In this document: piece after piece, positions 8,601 to 16,124 of the stretch | How the letters are laid out: each line of letters starts with the position of its first letter | Numbering within the stretch: position 1 is the first letter of the stretch | From: Bacteriovoracia bacterium | GTDB taxonomy: Bacteria > Bdellovibrionota > Bacteriovoracia > Bacteriovoracales > Bacteriovoracaceae | Direction: 5' to 3' | DNA length: 17,032 bases | Assembly (NCBI GenBank): GCA_046570105.1 | Contig: JBKHVI010000055.1 | Coordinates: 1 to 17,032 of the forward strand | Notes under the pieces: generated by a model | The model's database searches: none | Told to the model about the DNA's origin: nothing | The model's input: the letters and a program-made list of their open reading frames with translations, nothing else | Translations under genes and position numbers: made by a program

Positions 8601-10845
8601 CGCGTAGGCGCTCTTTAGCACCTACCGGATCAAATGTTGGCCAATAAGAGCGTGTAGGGGTGACGTCGGCACAGACATACTCCCAACCTAGACGAGTGAT
8701 ACAATCAGTATCGACATTACAGCGATGATAGGCCTGACAGTTACCGGCCTCATTTTGATTTGGATGGTTTTGCACCAGACTGGGATCAAAATCCATCACG
8801 GCGGCGGTCGCTTGACCTTCATAGGCCTGCACTGAGACCACATGGTTATTACTTTCGGCGAGATCTCCAAACGGAGCGTTGATAGCGAGGAAGAGTTTTT
8901 TAGTGGTACTGCGAACAATACGCCCTTTACCAATGGCAAACCAACTTACGCCATCAAATGAACCAATCAAAGCACCTTTATTAAAACCATACCAGTCACG
9001 CTGATAACCATTCACATACATCGCCGTTTGTGCTTGCAGACGAGTAAGGCGTTGAGCTTCGGGAGTCGCTGAGGAAAGCGGTTGTGAGAACGGCAACATA
9101 GTCGGTGGCACCCAGCAGGCACGACCAAAGATGGTATCTTCATAGTTACCCAGAGTGGAGTTGTTGTCCCACATATCACGCGATGTCGAGTGACCGACAG
9201 CTTGAAGGCCCACACCTTGAGAAGAAGAAGGATGCGGACGGAAACTGGGGAACCAAGTATCTTGCGCACACGTAGGGCAAGGTGTGTAGAAACCTGAGCG
9301 AGTCGCAATGAGATAAACATTATCAAGTTCGACATCAATGACTTTGGCCGGCAATGTATCAGTGAGATTAATATTGATCGCCCCCAACAACGAATTCATG
9401 TTGTAGGTTCCATTCACCGGCTGAATTTTTTCAGGGTCAAGATAAGTGAAAGCTGTACCTTCTTGTGTAGTCGTTGAAGGCGGATTTGTCGCTGGATCAA
9501 TTTCGTTTCCTGATTGATCAAAGAAGCGATGAGGAGCTGCCCTTGAACTAACAGAAATTTCTAAGTTTTGAAATGGTGTTTCCACCCCTGATTCATCGAA
9601 AGCAAAACAGGCAAACTGAATGGGAGTTCCTGCACTATCTTGCGCCAAAACTTTGTAATCGTACTTAGGGCAATTGGCCAATCGCATAGCAAGGTTGGTG
9701 TTTGAGGTATCACAACCACAATTGACATATAAACGATTGAGAACTTTTTCCCAATAGTAGGCGTCAGTTGAAGTTGTAGTGTTACATAAGCTCTGCGTAT
9801 AAGTCTCAGAGGAGACATAAGGTTGAAGATTAAAAGGGGTGGCGGTAGTTTTAGATTTTAAATGCTGAATGCAAGCATAGTCTTTCTGCATTTCTAATAA
9901 ACGTGCCGCCGCAGCCGCTTCGGCGTCGGTTTGGCTTCCACCACCATTGGTGGGAGGTTGAGGCTGAGTGGTGCCACAAATAAAATAAAATTGAGGATAG
10001 TTTAAAAAGGCCAAGGGATTATTGAGCTTCTCTTGTTCGGCCGCGAGGTACTCAGCACTCGATTGATTAATGCCTGGGCGAACACTACCATCGTTGACAC
10101 ATTGATTTTCTAAACAGCAGTTGTAACCAATCGCTGCGCAACTTGAAGTGGTGCATGAGCCGGAGAGGTTAGGGGCATTGCCGGGTTGAAGAGCAAGAGT
10201 AAGAAGCCCAAGATCAAGATCAGTTGGTTTGATTTGAGTCATGGTGGTGCTGTTGGTGACCACTTGGAATAATTTAATATTGCTTGAGAGAATTTGCGTC
10301 ACACAGCTCTGACACGTGAGAGGAAGTGTGAAGCTCACACTTGATGTCACCGCCGCAAAGGGAATGAATTGTGTGCTAGTGTCATTGATGTATTGAATCT
10401 TGTCGCGATTACAAACCGTCTGTCCGGCGGCGGTATTACCAAAATCGACACGCAAATAAATCGTTTTGTTACCAGCGGCGATATTGTTAACAGTTAAAGG
10501 AACGGCACGCAGACGCAAGAAGCGACGATCAAGTGCTGGGACAGAAGCACCCATATCGATTTCCACACAGTAGGTGGCAGTTGGAGCATTTTGCTTAAGA
10601 AGGAAATTTTCAATGCGACGGCCGCGCATGTATACATTGTCGTTAGCATCACGAAACAAAGATAAAACACTATTGCTGGTTAAGCTTTGATACCAGGCCA
10701 GTTCTACGTCAGATGTACTCGTTGGAGGAGCGCTCGGATTTTCGCCGGTGACGGCGCCATCGCCAATAGTTCGCTGGCCTACCTTCTGTTCAGGTAAGCA
10801 GCCGACAGCAAACAAAATGAGGATTAAACTAATGAGGCCCTTCAT
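5647..10845 (-). CDS. Giant Cys-rich lipoprotein (1732 aa), unknown function
   Basis: Lipobox MKGLISLILILFAVGC. About 57 Cys by manual count, with CxxDxDC and CC motifs. Thr/Ser/Asn-rich extracellular composition. Purine-rich RBS upstream (GAGGGACAAAGG). Confidence 0.9.
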   Translation of the reverse strand: MKGLISLILILFAVGCLPEQKVGQRTIGDGAVTGENPSAPPTSTSDVELAWYQSLTSNSVLSLFRDANDNVYMRGRRIENFLLKQNAPTATYCVEIDMGASVPALDRRFLRLRAVPLTVNNIAAGNKTIYLRVDFGNTAAGQTVCNRDKIQYINDTSTQFIPFAAVTSSVSFTLPLTCQSCVTQILSSNIKLFQVVTNSTTMTQIKPTDLDLGLLTLALQPGNAPNLSGSCTTSSCAAIGYNCCLENQCVNDGSVRPGINQSSAEYLAAEQEKLNNPLAFLNYPQFYFICGTTQPQPPTNGGGSQTDAEAAAAARLLEMQKDYACIQHLKSKTTATPFNLQPYVSSETYTQSLCNTTTSTDAYYWEKVLNRLYVNCGCDTSNTNLAMRLANCPKYDYKVLAQDSAGTPIQFACFAFDESGVETPFQNLEISVSSRAAPHRFFDQSGNEIDPATNPPSTTTQEGTAFTYLDPEKIQPVNGTYNMNSLLGAININLTDTLPAKVIDVELDNVYLIATRSGFYTPCPTCAQDTWFPSFRPHPSSSQGVGLQAVGHSTSRDMWDNNSTLGNYEDTIFGRACWVPPTMLPFSQPLSSATPEAQRLTRLQAQTAMYVNGYQRDWYGFNKGALIGSFDGVSWFAIGKGRIVRSTTKKLFLAINAPFGDLAESNNHVVSVQAYEGQATAAVMDFDPSLVQNHPNQNEAGNCQAYHRCNVDTDCITRLGWEYVCADVTPTRSYWPTFDPVGAKERLRDPSEEPRTVESILAQGVLPSGSTKRCVYRGAGAVCRTDSGNIPANEIEKRKLLTCAPNFWCADVDSTNTNIPNTSTFLNVFNKEVARFARPLDEVPVTNNHLYGRDANFLGRPLDYIHNKNATPANSLTQIVSDPIRRAIDANVTAMDPQALGKVGLCRPGKRLPTSTDVGTLWNPFNQHQGLDEFSRTDYINQIGACPSNYLSINKLASCPVIGDDGNYLHQSGDFASFTSSSQWSRRSVEQNSCGLESLRNGTVTTNATSDTLQNNSPFKLIEGKPLNASLNVTPTLVRDACLRRPGSACHTDLDCSPNKFHADQTQFFDVSHFGNTPNREYYEQYLVCGQAADKPLFNSSNFDDYDMTKNVCCREIGKDITTYSAQESSGTNATDPLTATLNPLATGIAEPTNQGRYERFSHVRGIGSTFPVLSAFSGRTSPSGAIQTQFYSGGLAAGSLPSNVMTPNQWKTLDEANSKTCCGGGWIRKFEDGTHDWTKKDRFRLDVSNFRCLNYLSPLVTTTTPSIWGLNQPQIDVDYNKYCFDISGATGNCAQISLQEGSISNISCATREFLDPATNSYAAPVQAQFSTLPGLVAWSSANNIFAFFPPTTADSNINTLVDYSIPDGRRNITMFMPSYVGNSSITVDVHRQGLGSPTGADFRTCAMEATGITSATDTGACTAGPGSCCYEYNTSTRIIKIAIIPGEPGDFNNTGATNQSQYGAKITFLPPGIGDLSRPLAKRACTDVHYLDILGRLELAGIPQITHQKLVCNNNAEKLVPGIFKIPNSDTNRAQFNNVSFAFFDSQDWRTTHHGLENGAVFSSHDFKCCKPAGKETTSANLCCSGYAAEPSDESLPPGTLKCLLPAGTNLSVYLNRFVSNEGTGDHLMSSPLVESDFNQLTGEPMLTATVNAKVSAIGSEICESGQTRRGGVFGQFNPEPFSAASQGTTVYGIVDSPADIGANSSGGGTSETGYFAYMAGFRWNHHIYCQ

Positions 10846-10870
10846 GTGCCTTTGTCCCTCTCTCTATCCC

Positions 10871-10898
10871 TTAACGGAAGATACAAGTTACTGATTTA
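10871..10898 (-). promoter_or_regulatory. sigma28/FliA-like promoter of the giant lipoprotein gene
   Basis: The minus strand reads TAAA-N16-TCCGTTAA (consensus TAAA-N15-GCCGATAA), 25 nt upstream of the ATG. Confidence 0.5.
10884..10896 (-). promoter_or_regulatory. IHF-like binding site
   Basis: Minus-strand AATCAGTAACTTG fits WATCARNNNNTTR, with an AT-rich 5' flank. It overlaps the putative sigma28 spacer. Confidence 0.35.
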
Positions 10899-11180
10899 TT
10901 TTAACTCTGCTCGAAGGTGGAGGGGAGATATTTGCCTCCCATAGCGCTAACTCATAGTAATTTCAGGCCTTCTCAGAGGGGAGGGCCGTTTCAAACGCAG
11001 TTTCGTGAGGGAAAAATGCCTTTTTGGAGAGGCATATCTGACTACAGCTAACCACTACTAACTGTTGTCTGATCCGGATGACGGGCACACTCGTAAAAAC
11101 ATAGCAATTTTGCTTTGAAAAACTCACGGAGAATTTCCAAAAGGTGTTGCATACATTTTGGCCCTAAAAAGGAAGTACTT

Positions 11181-11435
11181 ATGAAAACTCTCATCGTTGT
11201 TGCATTGGTTTTGCTAACGACCTTAATCGTCGCAAGAGAAAATAATAATATTATCACTGGCGCAAAGGCACAAAAGATCTATGAAAATTTAAAAGTTGAA
11301 GCGACTGTGGATGACCCTACTTTTACTGATGTTAGAACCGTCACCAAAGAAAGCGAGAAGTATCGTTGTATGTATTTTGTGAGCGCAAAGACTGTCGACG
11401 AAAGTTATGTATGTAAGATTAAAACTTTGAGTTAG
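11181..11435 (+). CDS. Small secreted protein (84 aa) with one probable disulfide
   Basis: AGGAAG RBS before the ATG at 11181. Signal peptide MKTLIVVALVLLTTLIVA. Two Cys (KYRC...YVCKI). The longer TTG start at 11115 is unlikely. Confidence 0.75.
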   Translation: MKTLIVVALVLLTTLIVARENNNIITGAKAQKIYENLKVEATVDDPTFTDVRTVTKESEKYRCMYFVSAKTVDESYVCKIKTLS

Positions 11436-13498
11436 AAACTAAAGAATCCAGCACTTGATCCGGTGGTGCCTCCGAAGAAGCGTGATGAGAGAGAGGTGCC
11501 ACCTAAGGCGGAATTGCCCATGCCAGCGACGGGAGTACTGACGCCCCAGTAATTGCCAAAGGCAGAGCCAGCGCCGACGCCACACGTAGGACAATTATAA
11601 TAGCGGCCATAGCCACCGTAAACGGTCGCTGTGGTCATTACGTAGTCCGACATACTCATAGTGATCGGTTGGCTGTAGGGCATCGGCATATAGGTCGGCA
11701 TGCCCCAACTTGGTGTGTTGTTTTGCATTTGGCGCATACGAACGTTGGCCCAGGTATTAGCGATATCTGAGACGGCATTGACTAAACTTTCACGTACAAT
11801 CGGATCTGTTTCACGGCGAGGAGCATCGGTTGAAAGCGTTTCAGGAGTGACTCTTGGTGGAGTGCCAGCACCTGTAGTTGAAGGAGAGTCTCGATTGAAA
11901 ATGATATTACAAATAGTGGTGTATTTATCTTGCACGCCTTCAGGTCCACCGGCCGGACAATCGGCAGTGCTGATTTCGCGATTGGGTTGAGTTCCTTCAT
12001 TAAAAATCGCCATGGTGTCGGAAGCCAAGAGTATAGCGGCTCCAAAGGGAACTGAACCAGGCATCGCCAAGCAGGCAGGTGAAGCGGCGAAATCAATCGT
12101 GTTGGCCTCTTCTTCTGCACAGTGTTTTTTCATCTCAGCAAAAGCTGCTGCTCTAAAACGAACATCTTTTTCTTCTTGGTCTCGTAATCGGTTACGAAGG
12201 GCCAGCATAATCTGACGCTTGAGTTCAAAACCAGCGTAACTTAGAGTGCGATCTTGGTCACATTCCGGTGGCACAGCTTCACCTCTCATGTGAGAGTGAA
12301 TAACATCGACTCGCTGGCAACGTTCTCCAATAACACGATTTTTCCGTAACTGTTCTGATGAATTGATTAAGTCATCAAACAAGTCTTGCTCTTGCTTGGT
12401 GAGAGGACGAGGGATGTTTTCAAAACTTTTACGTTGCTCGCTTAGGCACTGAGCGATTGTGTCGTCTTTGGCGCCAGCACAGGGGATAGCGGCATTAGTA
12501 GGAAAGCGGTTTTGGTAAAGAGAAGCCCAGCGACTTTTTATACGTGCTTCCAGACGATTCGATGCATCTGAAACGGTGCTCTGAAAGAGATCCTGAGCAT
12601 TCTTCACTTGCATCATGTCTTTATTTTTATTTAAGCGTGCGAGTAGGTTACGGACAACATCATGATTGGCATCACTGGCAGGAAGCTCTAATTTTTCTGC
12701 GCGCAAGAATTTGGTTTGTTGAGCATTCAAACTCTTGGGTGGCTTTCCACTCACGAAATCATACATCTTCGCTTGATCAAGACTTTCTTGATATTTTTTG
12801 AAGTCGGTTGCTTGCTGATTTTGTTTGAGCTTCAAGAGCGAAAGCAATTCTGATTTTTTTTCGGCCTTAATTTGGCGTTTATCATCAAGCATGGGCTTAA
12901 GGTCATCTAAAAAAGCAAAAAGCTCGTTAGGCTCCAGCGCTTTTATGCTTGATGGGTGAGTAAAAGATTTCCACATGCCACACACCGGACTGGTGGCGTT
13001 TTTGGCAACTTTGCAGAAGTCATCAAGACGGATACCCCACTTGGGCCCTGAGGTTTCGACCGAGAATAAATCCGGGAGAAGGGGTGATTCAATTATGTGC
13101 TGAATGGTGGCACCAAGAGTTACATCGCGGGTGAATTTAGCTGCCAAGTCAGATTGCTTTGCAGTCCAGTTAGTCGCAGCTTGTAGAGTGGTTTTTGCGG
13201 CGATGGTTTGATCACGCAAATCTTTAAGTCCATCTAATAAAACTAATTGATTTTCTACTGCGCCTAAATGCAAATCCATATTGGCAAAATTCTGACATTT
13301 TGCTGCTTCAAACATGGCGAGTTCTTGGTCGGAAAGTGCTGGCAGTTTTAAACTTTGTGGAGTGAGTTTTTTACACTCGTAAAGAGTGGCACCGTGAAGA
13401 TTAATTTCAAATTGTTTCAACGACTCACGAATTTGTGTACAGGTCTGACCTGACCACGCAACTTGAGTGAATAGCATTAAAACGGCAAACCACTTCAT
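11432..13498 (-). CDS. Secreted, largely alpha-helical hypothetical protein (688 aa) with a Gly/Ser/Tyr/Met/Pro-rich C-terminal tail
   Basis: GGGGAG RBS. Signal peptide MKWFAVLMLFTQVAWS. Coiled-coil-like K/Q/E/L-rich body with paired Cys. Low-complexity tail ending GFFSF. Confidence 0.85.
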   Translation of the reverse strand: MKWFAVLMLFTQVAWSGQTCTQIRESLKQFEINLHGATLYECKKLTPQSLKLPALSDQELAMFEAAKCQNFANMDLHLGAVENQLVLLDGLKDLRDQTIAAKTTLQAATNWTAKQSDLAAKFTRDVTLGATIQHIIESPLLPDLFSVETSGPKWGIRLDDFCKVAKNATSPVCGMWKSFTHPSSIKALEPNELFAFLDDLKPMLDDKRQIKAEKKSELLSLLKLKQNQQATDFKKYQESLDQAKMYDFVSGKPPKSLNAQQTKFLRAEKLELPASDANHDVVRNLLARLNKNKDMMQVKNAQDLFQSTVSDASNRLEARIKSRWASLYQNRFPTNAAIPCAGAKDDTIAQCLSEQRKSFENIPRPLTKQEQDLFDDLINSSEQLRKNRVIGERCQRVDVIHSHMRGEAVPPECDQDRTLSYAGFELKRQIMLALRNRLRDQEEKDVRFRAAAFAEMKKHCAEEEANTIDFAASPACLAMPGSVPFGAAILLASDTMAIFNEGTQPNREISTADCPAGGPEGVQDKYTTICNIIFNRDSPSTTGAGTPPRVTPETLSTDAPRRETDPIVRESLVNAVSDIANTWANVRMRQMQNNTPSWGMPTYMPMPYSQPITMSMSDYVMTTATVYGGYGRYYNCPTCGVGAGSAFGNYWGVSTPVAGMGNSALGGTSLSSRFFGGTTGSSAGFFSF

Positions 13499-13520
13499 GG
13501 AAACATATCTCCCCAGACTA

Positions 13521-13548
13521 TTATCGGGTGAATCTCAAAAAAACCTAA
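13521..13548 (-). promoter_or_regulatory. sigma28/FliA-like promoter of the 688-aa gene
   Basis: The minus strand reads (T)TAGG-N15-CCCGATAA. The -10 matches GCCGATAA at 7 of 8 positions with canonical spacing, 22 nt upstream of the ATG. Confidence 0.6.
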
Positions 13549-13593
13549 CTATTAAGATGATTTATGGACTCGGGTATAAGTCTTTCTGATGAC

Positions 13594-16056
13594 TTAGGGA
13601 GCAGCGTCGGTAGGCGCAAACTCTTCAGCAAAGATATCTCTGTCAATCTTGATAGGCGGACGAGGAGTGGCCGAAGGGTCTAGTGTCAATCTTAGTACGA
13701 ACTTAGGGAGTATTATTCCTTGAGCTTCTAGGGCATGAGTCACTTGGTGCATATATTCAGCAGGTGGACGGTAGTGACCACTAAGATTTGTAATCGCATG
13801 AAGTTTACCGTCATTAAAAATTAACTCACCAGCACCGGCCACCGGTTTACCAGACAGAAATGAGGAGTGGTGGAATTCTCCTTCAATTGCATTCTCCTTA
13901 AAGAAGAAGCGGCCTTCATCATCCATGACAAAAATCCCTTTGCAATTTCCTTTGGGACACAGCAGGTTTCCGTTTGCATCATAGATTTGCCCATTACGAG
14001 GAAAAATTTGATGGGCTTTTAATTCTTCTGGTGTCAGATATTTAACTGGCACCCCTGTCTGACCATCACGCAGATTTTCACCTTGATAGGCTTCTTTCAT
14101 CGGTTTGGTTTTATATTTTGGAGTGGAGGCCACTTTTGGCGCGCTAATAGTGGGTGTAGGAGTCGCAGCAGTTGATCTCACAGGAGCTGGAGTGATCACA
14201 CTTGCGGGAGCAGGTTGATTGCGCAGAACTTTGGCTAACTGAAAACTTTCATAAACCGCAGTGGCGACAGGAAACATTCCCGTGGCAGCAAAAACGACAC
14301 CAAGCGCACAGCTTTTATGATCGCGCTGGAGTTTGAGTTGCTTCTGAATATTTTCTTCGCAGCCATTTGTGTTGAGATTTGAATTGGCCTCACTTTGTAC
14401 GATAAAGCGCTCTTCACATTGATCAATGGCGTTCATCAGACCATTGGTTGACCAGGCGGCATCTGCTGTCCGAATGGCAGCACGATATCCTTGCAGCATG
14501 ATTTTAGAAGTGCGGGTGGCACGTTGACGTTTTTCCTCTAGAGCTGCAATTTGCGCTGTTCGAGTTGCTTTAAAAGCGTTGACTGCATCTTTGCCGGCCT
14601 TGGCACTCTTGGCGGCAGCAGCGACCAAACGAGCAGAGCCGGCGGCCAGTGAGGCAATACCCAGTGTCGCTACCGAGAGGCCAATATCGACGGCCGATTG
14701 AGTGAAAGTATCATGTTGATTAGCGATGATGTTGCGATGATTATCGCGACAGCTCATCATATTATAGCTGGCGTTAGCAATATTGCGATCTAGAAACTCT
14801 TCTTTGCTAATATCTCCGCCTTCGCGGTTTTGAGGGTAGGGCTCGTGCACAGAATGAACTGTTGCGAGACGTTTAGTGATATCTTGATAATCACATTTAA
14901 TCGGATCGCCCTTGAGACAGCGACCGGCCTTTTCAAAGTCTTTCAGTTCTTTTAACGTTTGCGCTCTTCGCTCGCGCAGATATTCTCGCGTTTCTGCTTC
15001 AATAACACGGCGATCAGGAACTTTGTTTTGTGTCACCATCCAACGTAAATCTTTTGAGGCCAGCGCTGGATTGGTTGAGTAGAGAAAATCTCTTACATAC
15101 GTCAGCTTTTTACTTTCCTCTTTCCACGTTCTGCAGAACTCACGGTTATTACCTGCATGACGGCCCGAGCAGCGCATCGACCCGTTGTTGATTTTTTTCT
15201 GAACATGATGAAGCTCAGTAAGCGTCACCGTCATGTCATCAATATAAGAACTAAATTTAGCGTCACGTTGTTTGTTTTGAACGTTACGACAGGGAGCGAG
15301 CTGTTTTTCAATTTCGTGCAGACCTGGTATCGCCGAGTCGGGGGCCGTCATGCGTACGAGCGGTAAGCCTTCATTGCCCGATTCGCTAGCATCATGCATA
15401 AGCCAGTCACGGTCGCTGTGGTCTTTGCCATCACCTGGAGTCACAATGGATTCGAGTTCTCGCAGTTCGAGATAAAGCGCTCCCGCACCATCTTTAAGTT
15501 GATTCATGCGCGTGTAGTATTCACTCACCACCACTGAGCGCTCTAACTGAGAGAGCCCACTGTGCTGGCGATGAGTGTCCATACAAAACGCTAAAGAGTT
15601 GGTCGGAAGACTCAAGCCGACTTCAGGATGCTGATTAAGCATTGCTTCGATTTCATTGGCACTGGTACCTTGATAGATGCCAGGAATTGGTTGAAATATT
15701 CCTTCTCCTAAACTGGTGCACGCCTCTTGCGCTGACATGTCAGTGCCGAGTCGCCAGATAGAAAAAGGCTTCTTGCGATCATCGAGCATTTGATCAAAGA
15801 GAAAGCGTGGACAGCCGTGACTAAACTCCATCGGCTCAGGAGGAGTCATGCCACATGTGGGAACAAGCCCTGCTCGACGAACTCCTTCGAAGCCGTCCTC
15901 TACATCTTTTAACATTTCGTCAGCGATCTTGGTTGGGACGGAGGTCTTCTTCATGAAAAGACTGACATCGGCAAATTTGAGAGTTTGGGCATAGCTTGTG
16001 GGCATCGCCAAAAGCAAAGCAAAGAGCTGAATAAGGAGTCGTTTAAACACCATCAT
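13594..16056 (-). CDS. Secreted 820-aa protein with polymorphic-toxin-like architecture and a C-terminal IQM-like (HSSFL...SGHYxP) domain
   Basis: Signal peptide (M)MVFKRLLIQLFALLLAMPTSYA, a helical Cys-paired body, the Gly/Ala hydrophobic segment DIGLSVATLGIASLAAG and a Pro/Thr linker. Terminal domain: VKYLTPEEL...IFVMDDEG...FHHSSFLSGKPVAGAGELIFNDGKLHAITNLSGHYRP. Confidence 0.85.
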   Translation of the reverse strand: MMVFKRLLIQLFALLLAMPTSYAQTLKFADVSLFMKKTSVPTKIADEMLKDVEDGFEGVRRAGLVPTCGMTPPEPMEFSHGCPRFLFDQMLDDRKKPFSIWRLGTDMSAQEACTSLGEGIFQPIPGIYQGTSANEIEAMLNQHPEVGLSLPTNSLAFCMDTHRQHSGLSQLERSVVVSEYYTRMNQLKDGAGALYLELRELESIVTPGDGKDHSDRDWLMHDASESGNEGLPLVRMTAPDSAIPGLHEIEKQLAPCRNVQNKQRDAKFSSYIDDMTVTLTELHHVQKKINNGSMRCSGRHAGNNREFCRTWKEESKKLTYVRDFLYSTNPALASKDLRWMVTQNKVPDRRVIEAETREYLRERRAQTLKELKDFEKAGRCLKGDPIKCDYQDITKRLATVHSVHEPYPQNREGGDISKEEFLDRNIANASYNMMSCRDNHRNIIANQHDTFTQSAVDIGLSVATLGIASLAAGSARLVAAAAKSAKAGKDAVNAFKATRTAQIAALEEKRQRATRTSKIMLQGYRAAIRTADAAWSTNGLMNAIDQCEERFIVQSEANSNLNTNGCEENIQKQLKLQRDHKSCALGVVFAATGMFPVATAVYESFQLAKVLRNQPAPASVITPAPVRSTAATPTPTISAPKVASTPKYKTKPMKEAYQGENLRDGQTGVPVKYLTPEELKAHQIFPRNGQIYDANGNLLCPKGNCKGIFVMDDEGRFFFKENAIEGEFHHSSFLSGKPVAGAGELIFNDGKLHAITNLSGHYRPPAEYMHQVTHALEAQGIILPKFVLRLTLDPSATPRPPIKIDRDIFAEEFAPTDAAP

Positions 16057-16065
16057 GCAGCTCTC

Positions 16066-16093
16066 GTATCGGAATGATTGAAGTAAAGACTAA
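16066..16093 (-). promoter_or_regulatory. sigma28/FliA-like promoter of the 820-aa gene
   Basis: The minus strand reads (T)TAGT-N15-TCCGATAC, with the same TTAG element and spacing as the promoter at 13521-13548. It lies 9 nt upstream of the ATG. Confidence 0.55.
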
Positions 16094-16124
16094 ATCAATA
16101 AACCTTAAGGTAGGGCTTGCGAGA

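Noticed and set aside
5647..10845. Multiheme cytochrome or autotransporter interpretation of the giant protein
   Set aside because: No CxxCH motifs (the CxxC motifs are CQSCV and CPTCA) and no C-terminal beta-barrel pattern.
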